Shown here: piece by piece, positions 9,171 to 18,149 of the stretch
Layout of the letters: the number at the start of each line of letters is the position of its first letter
Numbering within the stretch: the first letter of the stretch is position 1
IMG/VR virus record: IMGVR_UViG_3300048925_000129
Reading direction: 5' to 3' (one strand)
DNA from: a virus
DNA length: 64,000 bases
Made by a program: the position numbers and the translations under genes
The notes under the pieces: model-generated
Seen by the model: the letters and a program-made list of their open reading frames with translations, nothing else
Databases searched by the model: none
Told to the model about the DNA's origin: nothing

Positions 9171-9227
9171 CAAATATATGTCAAATTTTTGAATTATACA
9201 AGTCTTTGACTGTTAAAATTTTGTTAA
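9171..9227 (-). promoter_or_regulatory. Bacteroidota-type promoter with TTAACA direct-repeat box, driving the ABC/OmpA operon
   Basis: -7 TATATTTG (9171-9178), TTG 20 nt upstream, TTAACA at 9211-9216 and 9222-9227. Confidence 0.85.
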
Positions 9228-9427
9228 AGTTCGTCTTCATCATACTCATATCCATCCAAATCAAACTTAACTGAGTCAAGTTTATGATCAGCCCCAGAAA
9301 CATTTAAACGATAATAATCTTTAAGTCTTTCTATGGCTTTAGCAACTGCTTCCTCTTCTGTAACTGCTTCGATATCAAAATCCACATTAAATGATATCTT
9401 CCCCTCTATGTTAAATGTTTTTTTCAT
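9224..9427 (-). CDS. Small acidic hypothetical protein
   Basis: 67 aa, IEAxxEEEA motif common in small phage proteins. Confidence 0.6.
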   Translation of the reverse strand: MKKTFNIEGKISFNVDFDIEAVTEEEAVAKAIERLKDYYRLNVSGADHKLDSVKFDLDGYEYDEDEL

Positions 9428-9942
9428 TGTGCTATTTGTAAAAGTGATTCTATATAGTTAAACATTTCTTTGTACTTCTCATCATAAGCATAAGGCTTCA
9501 TCTTGTCATAGTATTCCATTTTATAGGCACTGAACATCCTAGAGTTGGTAAGAAGGCTGTACTTGACATTGGCTATCAGATCACATAGTTTCACAAATAA
9601 AGCCAGATCATTTTCAGCCAGTTTAATATAAAGCTCAATAGGTTTTCTCTCAGCTCTGTTTCTTCCTTTAAAATCTGTACAAAGGAATACAATTTCTGCC
9701 AGATCATTACCATGCATTTTAACAATGTCGTTATAAGAAAGTCTTCCATCTTCAATTGAATCGTGAGCATAGCAACCAATAAAAGTAATTTCTCTATCAG
9801 CTTTGTTCTTTAACAGGTGCTGAAATTTTGTATGCTGAGCTGCTACAGCATGAAGGTGAAAACTATAAGGCAGAGTATCTGCATATTTTTGGTTAACTTC
9901 TACATCATGGAGATGGATGAAATATTGGATTAAATTTGTCAT
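9424..9942 (-). CDS. HD-domain phosphohydrolase, SpoT/Mesh1-like (p)ppGpp hydrolase family
   Basis: PYSFHL, HDSIED, VKLCDLIAN motifs; start moved to MTNLIQ downstream of the promoter. Confidence 0.8.
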   Translation of the reverse strand: MTNLIQYFIHLHDVEVNQKYADTLPYSFHLHAVAAQHTKFQHLLKNKADREITFIGCYAHDSIEDGRLSYNDIVKMHGNDLAEIVFLCTDFKGRNRAERKPIELYIKLAENDLALFVKLCDLIANVKYSLLTNSRMFSAYKMEYYDKMKPYAYDEKYKEMFNYIESLLQIAQ

Positions 9943-9962
9943 AGTTTTGTATTTTAGTTCTG

Positions 9963-10025
9963 CAAATATATAAAAAATAAAAGACCTATGCAATAGCACA
10001 GGTCTAGTTTAACAAAACTTTAACG
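9963..10025 (-). promoter_or_regulatory. Fused terminator-promoter after nrdA, with the direct-repeat box inverted
   Basis: Hairpin AGACCTGTGC-TATT-GCATAGGTCT plus U-tract; -7 TATATTTG; TTG at 20 nt; TTAACA/TTAACG on the plus strand at 10009 and 10020. Confidence 0.75.
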
Positions 10026-10029
10026 TAAA

Positions 10030-11706
10030 TTAAGCATCACATGAGTCACAAGTAGGACCATATGATTCAGGTTTAGGTTGTACAATATTAGATAAGAGTT
10101 CTTTTGCAACACTCTTACTTCTTTGATAGTATAAGGTTTTAACACCCTTCTTCCAAGCATCAATATAAAGATGGTTAACATCTCTAACCTGCATCTCTGG
10201 AGGAATACTCAGATTTAAACTCTGAGTCTGATCAATAAACTGCTGTCTTAAAGCAGCCTGATCAATTAATGAAAACTGATTAATTTCTTGGAATGTTTTG
10301 AACACGTCTTTTTCATCTTCATCCAGACAATCTAGTCCTTGGACAGAACCATGAGCAAGCATGATCTTTCTCCATGTCTCTTCATTGTCTAATCCTTTTT
10401 CTTGTAGCAATTGCTGAAGGTACTTGTTCTTTCTCATAAAGTTTCCTTTAGCAAGACCTGCTTTATAGTAGTTGGATGTGAATGGCTCGATTCCTGGAGA
10501 AACCTGCCCTAAAATCGAGGAACTCGAAGTTGTTGGAGCAATAGCCATTAGAGTTGTGTTTCTTCTTCCATACCCCTTTAAAAGCTCTGGTTCACCATAT
10601 ATATCTGCAAGCTCTTTGGAAGCTTCTAACGATTCCTTCTGAAGTTGCTTAAAAATGATGGTAGTATAACTAGTTGCAGGAATTCCAGTAAATGGAAGCA
10701 TCTTGCTTTGTAAGAACGAATGCCATCCCATAACACCTAATCCTAAAGCTCTGTGTCTTTTGGCAAACGTGTGAGCTGGTTTCATAAAGGCATTATCCTT
10801 TGTTTTTTCAATGAACTCAGACATTACAGCATCTAGCATCCAGATAGCTAATTTCACAGCATTGGTATCTTTCCATTCATCATATAGTTCCAAATTCATT
10901 GAAGCTAAGCAGCAAACAAATGATTCCTCAAATGTAGATGGTAAAGCAATTTCTGAACACAGGTTAGATGAATTGATTCTTAAACCAAGGTCTTTATAAA
11001 CCTCTGGTTTATTTCTGTTAATGTTGTCAGAAAAGAAAATATAAGGTAATCCCTTTTGTTGTCTGGATTCTAACACTCTAGCCCAAATCTTTCTCTTATC
11101 CATGTCTCCTTCAATCATTTCCTGCATCCAATAATCTGGAACACAAACTCCAGTAAACAAATTCTGGATTGGACTTCCAATATCTTTGATTGCCAGGAAT
11201 TCTTCAATATCACCATGATCAATGTCAAGATAAGCAGCAAAAGCTCCTCTTCTTACTCCACCCTGAGAAACTACATCCATTGTGGTGTCAAATAGTCTCA
11301 TGAATGAAACAGGACCTGAAGACTTACCATTGTCAGTAATTGCTGTTCCTCTTTCTCTTAATTCTCCAAAGTATCCTGAAGTTCCTCCACCTTGTTTAGT
11401 TTGCATGATTACTTCACCACTCTTGGCTGTAATCCCTTCAATTGAATCAGGAACGTGTACATTGAAGCAGGAAATGGGAAGACCTCTTCTTGTTCCCATG
11501 TTAGCCCAGACTGGAGAAGAAAGAGAAACCCAACCTCTCTCAATAACTTCTTTAAACTGGTCCTTTAACTCTGGTCTATACAATTGCTTACACATTGCTG
11601 TAGTAATCCTGTCAATTGCATCATTTATTGTTTCTCCTTTCAAAAGGTAGCCCCTGTTTAGAACCTGCTCAGATTCTTCATTGAACCACCATAGTTTATC
11701 TCTCAT
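10030..11706 (-). CDS. nrdA: Ribonucleotide reductase alpha subunit (short class I, no obvious ATP cone)
   Basis: PISCF, QGGVRRG, SNLCSEI, IAPTTSSS, KTLYY, C-terminal CDSC. Confidence 0.95.
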   Translation of the reverse strand: MRDKLWWFNEESEQVLNRGYLLKGETINDAIDRITTAMCKQLYRPELKDQFKEVIERGWVSLSSPVWANMGTRRGLPISCFNVHVPDSIEGITAKSGEVIMQTKQGGGTSGYFGELRERGTAITDNGKSSGPVSFMRLFDTTMDVVSQGGVRRGAFAAYLDIDHGDIEEFLAIKDIGSPIQNLFTGVCVPDYWMQEMIEGDMDKRKIWARVLESRQQKGLPYIFFSDNINRNKPEVYKDLGLRINSSNLCSEIALPSTFEESFVCCLASMNLELYDEWKDTNAVKLAIWMLDAVMSEFIEKTKDNAFMKPAHTFAKRHRALGLGVMGWHSFLQSKMLPFTGIPATSYTTIIFKQLQKESLEASKELADIYGEPELLKGYGRRNTTLMAIAPTTSSSSILGQVSPGIEPFTSNYYKAGLAKGNFMRKNKYLQQLLQEKGLDNEETWRKIMLAHGSVQGLDCLDEDEKDVFKTFQEINQFSLIDQAALRQQFIDQTQSLNLSIPPEMQVRDVNHLYIDAWKKGVKTLYYQRSKSVAKELLSNIVQPKPESYGPTCDSCDA

Positions 11707-11723
11707 GTATTTTATTTAGTTTA

Positions 11724-12041
11724 TTAAATTAAGTTCTCAGATCTTTTGAAATTTGCCTGAGAATCAGCATCAGCTACAACCAATTGTAATCCAATTAATT
11801 TCTTAACATCCAGACTTCTTTCTACATAGCTGTTTCCTCTAAAGTCGGCTGTGACTGCATAATGTTCAATTCCTTGAAGAGTGGATACAATACAAACTTT
11901 GAACTTAAGTCTTTCTCCTTCATATTCTGTAACTAGATAATCTCCTAGTTTCAGATTTTCTACACTTCCGAAAACTATTCTTGTTCCTCCATCAGTTCTA
12001 GAGGTTGCTACTTGTGCTGCTGTGATTTTTAAATCTTCCAT
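11724..12041 (-). CDS. Hypothetical protein
   Basis: 105 aa ORF between nrdB and nrdA. Confidence 0.6.
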   Translation of the reverse strand: MEDLKITAAQVATSRTDGGTRIVFGSVENLKLGDYLVTEYEGERLKFKVCIVSTLQGIEHYAVTADFRGNSYVERSLDVKKLIGLQLVVADADSQANFKRSENLI

Positions 12042-12052
12042 ATTTTAATTTT

Positions 12053-12379
12053 TTAATGTTTACAATAGATAACTTCAGGTAAAAACCCAAAGACAAATTT
12101 GGTTACATGACATAACCAGATCTCAAAACATAAGATAGAATCGGAGATTTTATACCAACCTCCTTCAGATTCTTCTCTTAAGAATTTTAAGGTGAAAGAT
12201 GGGTCTTCAAACTCTTCTAAAGACATTTTTAGTCTTACTTCATTTTCCCCTTGAGCTAGTATATCTAAGAGAGTATCAGCTCCAGAAACCATTTCCAGTT
12301 CCCACTTTTCTCCTTCCCACTGTGGGTAATCTATGTACCATTTACTATCAGTGTCTTTATAAAATTTGAATATTTCCAT
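12053..12379 (-). CDS. DUF6717-like protein
   Basis: LEMVSGADTLLD and WLCHVTKFVFG..P motifs. Confidence 0.65.
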   Translation of the reverse strand: MEIFKFYKDTDSKWYIDYPQWEGEKWELEMVSGADTLLDILAQGENEVRLKMSLEEFEDPSFTLKFLREESEGGWYKISDSILCFEIWLCHVTKFVFGFLPEVIYCKH

Positions 12380-12510
12380 ACTTTTATTTTTTAGTTAAGC
12401 TTCTGTATCATCGAAGTCTTCATCTTCCTCAGTACAATTACAAATTTCGTACCAATCTAATTCTCTACCACAATTCCAGCAGTAGAAATGATTACCTGCA
12501 AATACTCCCA

Positions 12511-13476
12511 TTAGAATAAATCGTTTGCTGTTATACTCTTATCGTGTTTTGTGTAAGCTGTAGGTCTTTTAGCAAAGAAATCATCCAATTCATTAGCAAA
12601 AACTTCCTCATCAAACCAAGTCATAGGTTTGTATTCCTCAGAAGTTATGTTGAATACCTTTGCAAATTTCATTTGAACTAAAGCCTCATCTATTCTGTGC
12701 TTCATGAAATTAACCATGTCTTTTTTAGAGAAGAAGTCAAGCTCTCCATTTTCATAAATCCAATCTAAAAGTTTCTCCTCATATTGAATGTATTCCTTAA
12801 CAAACTCATGAGTTGACTCTTCCAATCTTTTCAGATAAAGTGGGTCTGAAGCTGATTCTTCTTTTATTTTGTTTAATATGTAGATACCTGCATTTGCATG
12901 TACTTGTTCGTCAATAGAAGTCCAGGCAATGACATTTGAAACATTTTTCATGTACCCTTTAAATTTGGTGAAAGAAAGGATGTTACCAAACTGGCTGAAC
13001 AGAGATGAGTTCTCAATAACAATTGTAAAGAATAATAATTTCTCAACAATGTCTTTGGAGCTCAGGTGTTTTTCAATAACTTCAAGTTTCTCTTGAAAAA
13101 CTGGGTTGTCTTCTACTAGAGTTTTGAACTCATCATTAAAGCCTAAAACTTCAAGTAGTCTGGCATAAGCCTCAGAGTGTCTAAACTCACATTCAGCAAA
13201 TGTACCACCAAGACCATTGAATTCTGGTTTAGGGAATAACTTGTATAAATCTCCCCAGAATGTTTTTACTCCTACCTCAACTTGAGCAATTCCTAAGAGA
13301 CTCCTCTTAACTACCTCTTGCTCCATAGGAGATAAATTTGATTTGAAATCCTGGACATCAGCAGTGAATTCAAGCTCACTGTGAACCCAGAAAGATTTGT
13401 TGATAGCCTCTATAAAGGTCATCACTTCAGGGTATTCAAACGGTTTATAATTTACCCTTTTCTTTAAAATGTTCAT
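12511..13476 (-). CDS. nrdB: Ribonucleotide reductase beta subunit, class Id (NrdBi)-like
   Basis: Ferritin-like ligands with Glu as first ligand in EVGVK, ExxH (EFRH, EQVH), Tyr in HSEAY, C-terminal DFFAKRPTAY. Confidence 0.93.
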   Translation of the reverse strand: MNILKKRVNYKPFEYPEVMTFIEAINKSFWVHSELEFTADVQDFKSNLSPMEQEVVKRSLLGIAQVEVGVKTFWGDLYKLFPKPEFNGLGGTFAECEFRHSEAYARLLEVLGFNDEFKTLVEDNPVFQEKLEVIEKHLSSKDIVEKLLFFTIVIENSSLFSQFGNILSFTKFKGYMKNVSNVIAWTSIDEQVHANAGIYILNKIKEESASDPLYLKRLEESTHEFVKEYIQYEEKLLDWIYENGELDFFSKKDMVNFMKHRIDEALVQMKFAKVFNITSEEYKPMTWFDEEVFANELDDFFAKRPTAYTKHDKSITANDLF

Positions 13477-13508
13477 AAAATTTTTTATATGTTGTTAACT
13501 TAATTAGA

Positions 13509-13546
13509 CAAAAAAGCTCCAGGAAGAGTTGAATTATCCTGAAGCC
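13509..13546 (-). terminator. Terminator-like hairpin in the nrdB leader
   Basis: Minus strand GCTTCAGGA-N-TCCTGGAGC followed by TTTTT, between promoter (13557) and nrdB start (13476). Confidence 0.55.
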
Positions 13547-13556
13547 AAATAAAATG

Positions 13557-13587
13557 CAAAGATACAAAATTTCTCTCTACCATACAA
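13557..13587 (-). promoter_or_regulatory. Bacteroidota-type promoter for nrdB (no TTAACA box)
   Basis: TTG-N20-TATCTTTG. Confidence 0.75.
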
Positions 13588-13604
13588 ATTGTTGATAGAA
13601 AATA

Positions 13605-14201
13605 TTAGTTGTCTAATTTGGAGTTATGAAGTTCTTTACCAGCCACTGAAACTGACTGAATTATAAGCTGTAACGATTTTTCAAAGAACGAATATTTTGT
13701 CTTAACATTACCTAAAATAATTTTTAAGCTTTGTAAATCCCTTCTTATCTTCATGTACCTGTCTTCAATGTTTACAACTTTTTCAGCTTGTGTGATAGAG
13801 ATTCCATCTCTGGTGGATATCTCCTTGACTAACTGTGAGAATAACTCTTTCCTGAAAACCTCATCGAGGAATTCTAATTCATAAATGAACCTATCTCTGA
13901 AGGTGGACAAATAGACCATTTCTTGAGTTATCTCTTTTTTAATCGTCTCTAATAAAGTAAGATTGGCTCCTCCAGGAGTACTGGTGTATCTTTTAATGTT
14001 AGTTTCAATGGAATTTATTAACCTTGTTACAGTTGCCATATCCTCTCTGCTGATACTGGTCGGTAACGAAACCTCGTTAACTCCCTCGATCTTATGTAGG
14101 ATGGTATCTAAAACGGCTGTCAACTCAACATTATCTTTGACTTTTTCTTTGTTGCCCTCAATGAGCATCTTAATTACTCTGTATTCTTCTGAATCGAACA
14201 T
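13605..14201 (-). CDS. Helical hypothetical protein (possibly UvsY-like)
   Basis: 198 aa, helical/coiled-coil pattern; function is a guess. Confidence 0.5.
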   Translation of the reverse strand: MFDSEEYRVIKMLIEGNKEKVKDNVELTAVLDTILHKIEGVNEVSLPTSISREDMATVTRLINSIETNIKRYTSTPGGANLTLLETIKKEITQEMVYLSTFRDRFIYELEFLDEVFRKELFSQLVKEISTRDGISITQAEKVVNIEDRYMKIRRDLQSLKIILGNVKTKYSFFEKSLQLIIQSVSVAGKELHNSKLDN

Positions 14202-14243
14202 ATTGGTTGTTTTAAATACCCCTCCTAAGAGGGGCAGGGATTA

Positions 14244-14630
14244 TTACAGTGTTAAATCTGGTGCATCAGCCTCAGCCTGTGCTTGATCTCTATGGATAGC
14301 CACTTTGCTATCAATCATAGTCATGTGGATCTCGATTGTAGCATTGAAAAGCTCTTCAGCTCTCTTACCTTTTGGAGACACATACATCATTACTTGCTCT
14401 GGCTGCATCTTAGGCATTCCGTTTTCTTCTCTCTCTGGTCCAGTTTCTAATGGAAACTGGTTCAAAAGAATAAGCTCTTTTGTTTCTTCTTGAGCAATAG
14501 CTCCAGCCAACTGCATGTAAGCCATAAATAACCCAGCAGGGATAGTAATCTGAGTGTCTGGTGCATAACCATAATCTAGAGGGTTAGTTACTACTGGTCT
14601 TTCTACTGCTACTTCTTCTTGTTTTGACAT
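14244..14630 (-). CDS. Hypothetical protein
   Basis: 128 aa ORF, followed by a hairpin at ~14219-14235. Confidence 0.6.
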   Translation of the reverse strand: MSKQEEVAVERPVVTNPLDYGYAPDTQITIPAGLFMAYMQLAGAIAQEETKELILLNQFPLETGPEREENGMPKMQPEQVMMYVSPKGKRAEELFNATIEIHMTMIDSKVAIHRDQAQAEADAPDLTL

Positions 14631-14655
14631 AAATATTGTTTTAAATGTTTTGTTA

Positions 14656-15030
14656 TTACTGAATTCCTAAGATTAATCTCCTATCAATTAGGAAAAGGTT
14701 TTTTTCTTTACTGATTACTGTCAAGGCTGCACCTTGTTTTACGTAGGCAATTGCACCTACTGGATATGGAAATGCTGATCCGTCTACCATAGTTCCCCAA
14801 CTGTGAACTTTTACTTCAACTAATTCATCTTCCTTTGTGATCCCTTCAATTCCAGAGTCGTTATCGTCTGATGGAGCTAAGGGTTCAATGATTACTCTTT
14901 CATAGAGTGATTGTGTCATCATATTTTTTTTATTTAATTTTTTAAATTCTTCTTGGGCTGCTTTCATGACTTCTGGATCTCCATGCTCCTCTAACCACTT
15001 ATCAATATAGTTTTTATGTTGATATTGCAT
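14656..15030 (-). CDS. GroES-like co-chaperonin (C-terminal ~88 aa)
   Basis: SLYERVIIEP start, mobile-loop-like SGIEG, VG..AYV, and LIDRRLILG end resemble Cpn10. Confidence 0.55.
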   Translation of the reverse strand: MQYQHKNYIDKWLEEHGDPEVMKAAQEEFKKLNKKNMMTQSLYERVIIEPLAPSDDNDSGIEGITKEDELVEVKVHSWGTMVDGSAFPYPVGAIAYVKQGAALTVISKEKNLFLIDRRLILGIQ

Positions 15031-15032
15031 AA

Positions 15033-15497
15033 TTATAAGTATAATGGTGCTTTAATTTGCTCAGGATCTATCTCCTGATAATGTGTTGGAAACGGATTCA
15101 TAGGATATCCATTCTCAAAAAATCCTCCTTCATAAGTTTTAATCCCCTGACTGATGAAATTACCATTCCAGTTTAAGAATCCTAATCTGTAAGTCTTACC
15201 ATCTTTAAAAGGATTTGTTCTTACTTCCTGACCTGCATGATACCCTGAAGATAGCCAGCCATTGTTGTTTTCAACTCCTCTTAAAGCAATTGGTCTCACA
15301 CCATATTTAGGTTTAAGATTACTTCTATCTGGAGCACTTTGTTCAAATCTCTTGTCTAATCCTGTATCAGGAGAATAAAGACATAAGACTACATCCGAAT
15401 TCACCCACCCTGACTCAGACACTTTATCTTTTACTGTATCCCAGAGTTCACCCCAGGCTTCAATGATTTTACTTTTTTTAGTCATGTTTCTTTCCAA
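15033..15497 (-). CDS. Hypothetical phage protein
   Basis: 154 aa, NNNGW and THYQEI..P motifs typical of small phage proteins. Confidence 0.6.
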   Translation of the reverse strand: MERNMTKKSKIIEAWGELWDTVKDKVSESGWVNSDVVLCLYSPDTGLDKRFEQSAPDRSNLKPKYGVRPIALRGVENNNGWLSSGYHAGQEVRTNPFKDGKTYRLGFLNWNGNFISQGIKTYEGGFFENGYPMNPFPTHYQEIDPEQIKAPLYL

Positions 15498-16443
15498 ATT
15501 TTTCGATTATTAAGTCTCCTAGGTCAGATCCTTCTGGTAAGTTTGACTTTTCAAGACTTGTATTTACTTTTATATCAAAGACCTCAGAAAATTCTGATAG
15601 TTTCTTTTTCCACTTTTCTAGAGCCTTTGGTCCTTTATCAGGATAGAATGTCATTTTGCAATGTTTAAATGGCAGCAATCTTTCTTCATTTATCATTTCA
15701 ATTCCTCCCACTGCAAGCCATGTTTTACCATCAATGATGTTACATAACAGAGCCGTTTTTTCAGATTCTACAATGTGAATCTCTGTTGTTTCTGGAGTTA
15801 CTAAATGTTCTCCAAATAAGCATTGTTTCAAGTTGTAGTCTACTAAATAACTTCTATCTAGAAGTCTTCTTTCTGGAACATGCTCCCAACTAATAAATGG
15901 TCTTGGGTTCTTTAGTCTCTTCCCTGTAGAGAGATCATATAAAATGATCTTACCAGTTCTGGCATCAAAATCTCTGTCTATTTGCCAAAATACTGTTGAT
16001 CCCTTCCACTTACTGGATTCACCTAATTTGTATCTTACTAAGGTGTCTTTTACTTTGATAGGATCAAAATTGTTAAAGAGAAATTGTGAAAGATGATCGT
16101 TGAATGTCAGGGACTCTAAGACTTTTGCAGAATCTATGAGAGAGATACCAAGATTTTCTTCTTCTTGGTACTCTTTCAATGCTTCACCTGGTTTAACCAT
16201 CATTGGTTTATCTTTCAGGTCCTTCCCTGTTGGAGGGTTAAAATAACCGCATTTTTCTACTTTATCACATCTTCCAAATTCCTCAGGCAAGTATTCTCCA
16301 GTGGTTACGTCTATAAATCTAGTATAAGAGTGTTTACCTCCACAATTCTTGCAGTAGTGTCTACTTTTTACACCATTATACTTTTCTAAAACGTATCTAT
16401 TAACTGGTTTGTTCGGTATTTTCCTCTCCTTTTGTTGTGCCAT
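15478..16443 (-). CDS. Zinc-ribbon plus Toprim primase-like protein (DUF6371-type)
   Basis: CKNCGG and RCDKVEKCGY zinc ligands, FWQID, LKQCLFGEHL, Toprim IVESEKTA...FYPD, C-terminal DLGD. Confidence 0.8.
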   Translation of the reverse strand: MAQQKERKIPNKPVNRYVLEKYNGVKSRHYCKNCGGKHSYTRFIDVTTGEYLPEEFGRCDKVEKCGYFNPPTGKDLKDKPMMVKPGEALKEYQEEENLGISLIDSAKVLESLTFNDHLSQFLFNNFDPIKVKDTLVRYKLGESSKWKGSTVFWQIDRDFDARTGKIILYDLSTGKRLKNPRPFISWEHVPERRLLDRSYLVDYNLKQCLFGEHLVTPETTEIHIVESEKTALLCNIIDGKTWLAVGGIEMINEERLLPFKHCKMTFYPDKGPKALEKWKKKLSEFSEVFDIKVNTSLEKSNLPEGSDLGDLIIEKFGKKHD

Positions 16444-17452
16444 GCTGTTCTTCTTCCTTTTTCTTGTGGACTCCCTCTAAGTAGTCTTTAAGTGTTATAA
16501 CTTCAATGAATGGTTCTGTCTGGAAAGTTCCCATAGAAATAAAATCCTTGAAAATAGTCACTGTTGGAGTCTTCCACTTATGTTTAATCCTACCTTGTTC
16601 AAAGACAGTTTCACATAATTCATTTAGTTTACCATCACTCTGCTCTTTTAGATTGTAAGTTGGAGTGTCTCCTCTCCAATCCTTTGGTGACCAGTTGTAT
16701 AACCCTTCAACTTCTAAGTCTGGATAGTTTTCTTTTACAATTCTTTTGTACAATTGAAGCTGCAAATAATGTTTGTCATAGAAACCATTTTGAGATGATT
16801 TAAAATCGACAATTGCAACAATAGTTTTCTTTCTCTTGATGACCTTTGGTTCTCCTTTATTTGGTCCTGATTTCAAAGGTTCTCCCCAAGGTCCAGATTC
16901 CTCTATTTCCATCTGACAAAGCATATCTACAGGAGAAGCTACTTTGTAGGTGTCTGATTTCATTATAAGTTCCAGAGCAAGTGGTTTCACATTGTATTCT
17001 ATTACGAACTGTGCAAAAGCTAAAACAGCCTTTCTCAACCAATCTGCATCCTTAATTAGGACCTGCAAGAAATCATGATTCATGGATTCTGGGTGATGTT
17101 TACCAAAGTGATCATAGAAATTGTTCATGTTGATCTCAATTCCTTGAATGTAATCTGCAATTAGCATGTGCATCAATGTACCTCTATCAGCCAGATATTT
17201 AAGCTCACTTTCAGGATTCTTTCCTTCAGCTTTTAGTCTGTTTCTCCAGTTTTCTAAGGCAATTGTATCTTCAGCATACCCATCTTTAATTAAAGTAGTT
17301 CCTGAGGAATAAAGTTCAACTATTCCATCTTTGTCAACAGTATAATAGAATCTGTTAAATCCTTGAGAAAATCTCCTAATGAAACTTGATGGTCTTGGAA
17401 GTGTTGGTGATAGGAACTCGAATTGTCCCTCTTCAATTAATATATCGTTCAT
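16400..17452 (-). CDS. PD-(D/E)XK exonuclease
   Basis: ADRGTLMH, VD...IVDFKS, LQLQLY motifs. Confidence 0.8.
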   Translation of the reverse strand: MNDILIEEGQFEFLSPTLPRPSSFIRRFSQGFNRFYYTVDKDGIVELYSSGTTLIKDGYAEDTIALENWRNRLKAEGKNPESELKYLADRGTLMHMLIADYIQGIEINMNNFYDHFGKHHPESMNHDFLQVLIKDADWLRKAVLAFAQFVIEYNVKPLALELIMKSDTYKVASPVDMLCQMEIEESGPWGEPLKSGPNKGEPKVIKRKKTIVAIVDFKSSQNGFYDKHYLQLQLYKRIVKENYPDLEVEGLYNWSPKDWRGDTPTYNLKEQSDGKLNELCETVFEQGRIKHKWKTPTVTIFKDFISMGTFQTEPFIEVITLKDYLEGVHKKKEEEQHGTTKGEENTEQTS

Positions 17453-17479
17453 TTAAAAAGTGTTTCATATAGTGGGTTG

Positions 17480-17535
17480 CAAAGATACAAAATCTTTTTG
17501 AACTGTGCAAATTTTAAGATGTTAATTTTTGTTAA
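17480..17535 (-). promoter_or_regulatory. Promoter with TTAACA box
   Basis: TATCTTTG (17480-17487), TTG at 20 nt, TTAACA at 17520 and 17530. Confidence 0.8.
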
Positions 17536-17699
17536 AAATGTCTCTGTATAGTTGAGAAACATTGATGTAATCTCTATCCTTAGTAAACCTGTGAAGGTTA
17601 TACCAAATCAATAAATCACCATTGGCTTTCTCTGGTCTGGGTTTGTACCTCAGTTCCAGAATAATTGCTGTTATAAGCAAAAATACTAATAATCCCATT

Positions 17700-18149
17700 T
17701 TATGTTTTTGAGTTGTGTTTTGTTAAATAAAAAATTGCTTCATTTAGTGTTTCAATGTTGTCATTGAACATGCCTAGTCCTGAGTTGCACTTTTGACATA
17801 ATAATCCTCTAACTTTTCCAGAAGTGTGACAGTGATCAATAAATAATCCCCTTTGTTTAGAAATAGACTCTATTTTATAGGGAGTGTGACAAATAGCACA
17901 TTCTCCACCCTGAAGTTTATATAATTCCAGTAATTCTTCAACTGTAGAATCTTCTCTTTTAGCCACAGGAATTAAACCCTCTCGTATTCTTTGTTTCCTG
18001 ATAGAATCAGATTCACTTTTTATACAAAATTTACAAATTGGTCCTCTTCCTTTCTCTCCATTTTTATCTGGAGGAAAAAACTTCAATCCATGAGTTTTAT
18101 TACATCTGCCACACCACTTTAAAATTGGGGGTTTAATTTTCTTTGTCAT
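17700..18149 (-). CDS. Endonuclease VII-domain protein
   Basis: QGGECAIC, IDHCH..GKVRGLLC..CN.GLG.F.DN. Confidence 0.9.
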   Translation of the reverse strand: MTKKIKPPILKWCGRCNKTHGLKFFPPDKNGEKGRGPICKFCIKSESDSIRKQRIREGLIPVAKREDSTVEELLELYKLQGGECAICHTPYKIESISKQRGLFIDHCHTSGKVRGLLCQKCNSGLGMFNDNIETLNEAIFYLTKHNSKT

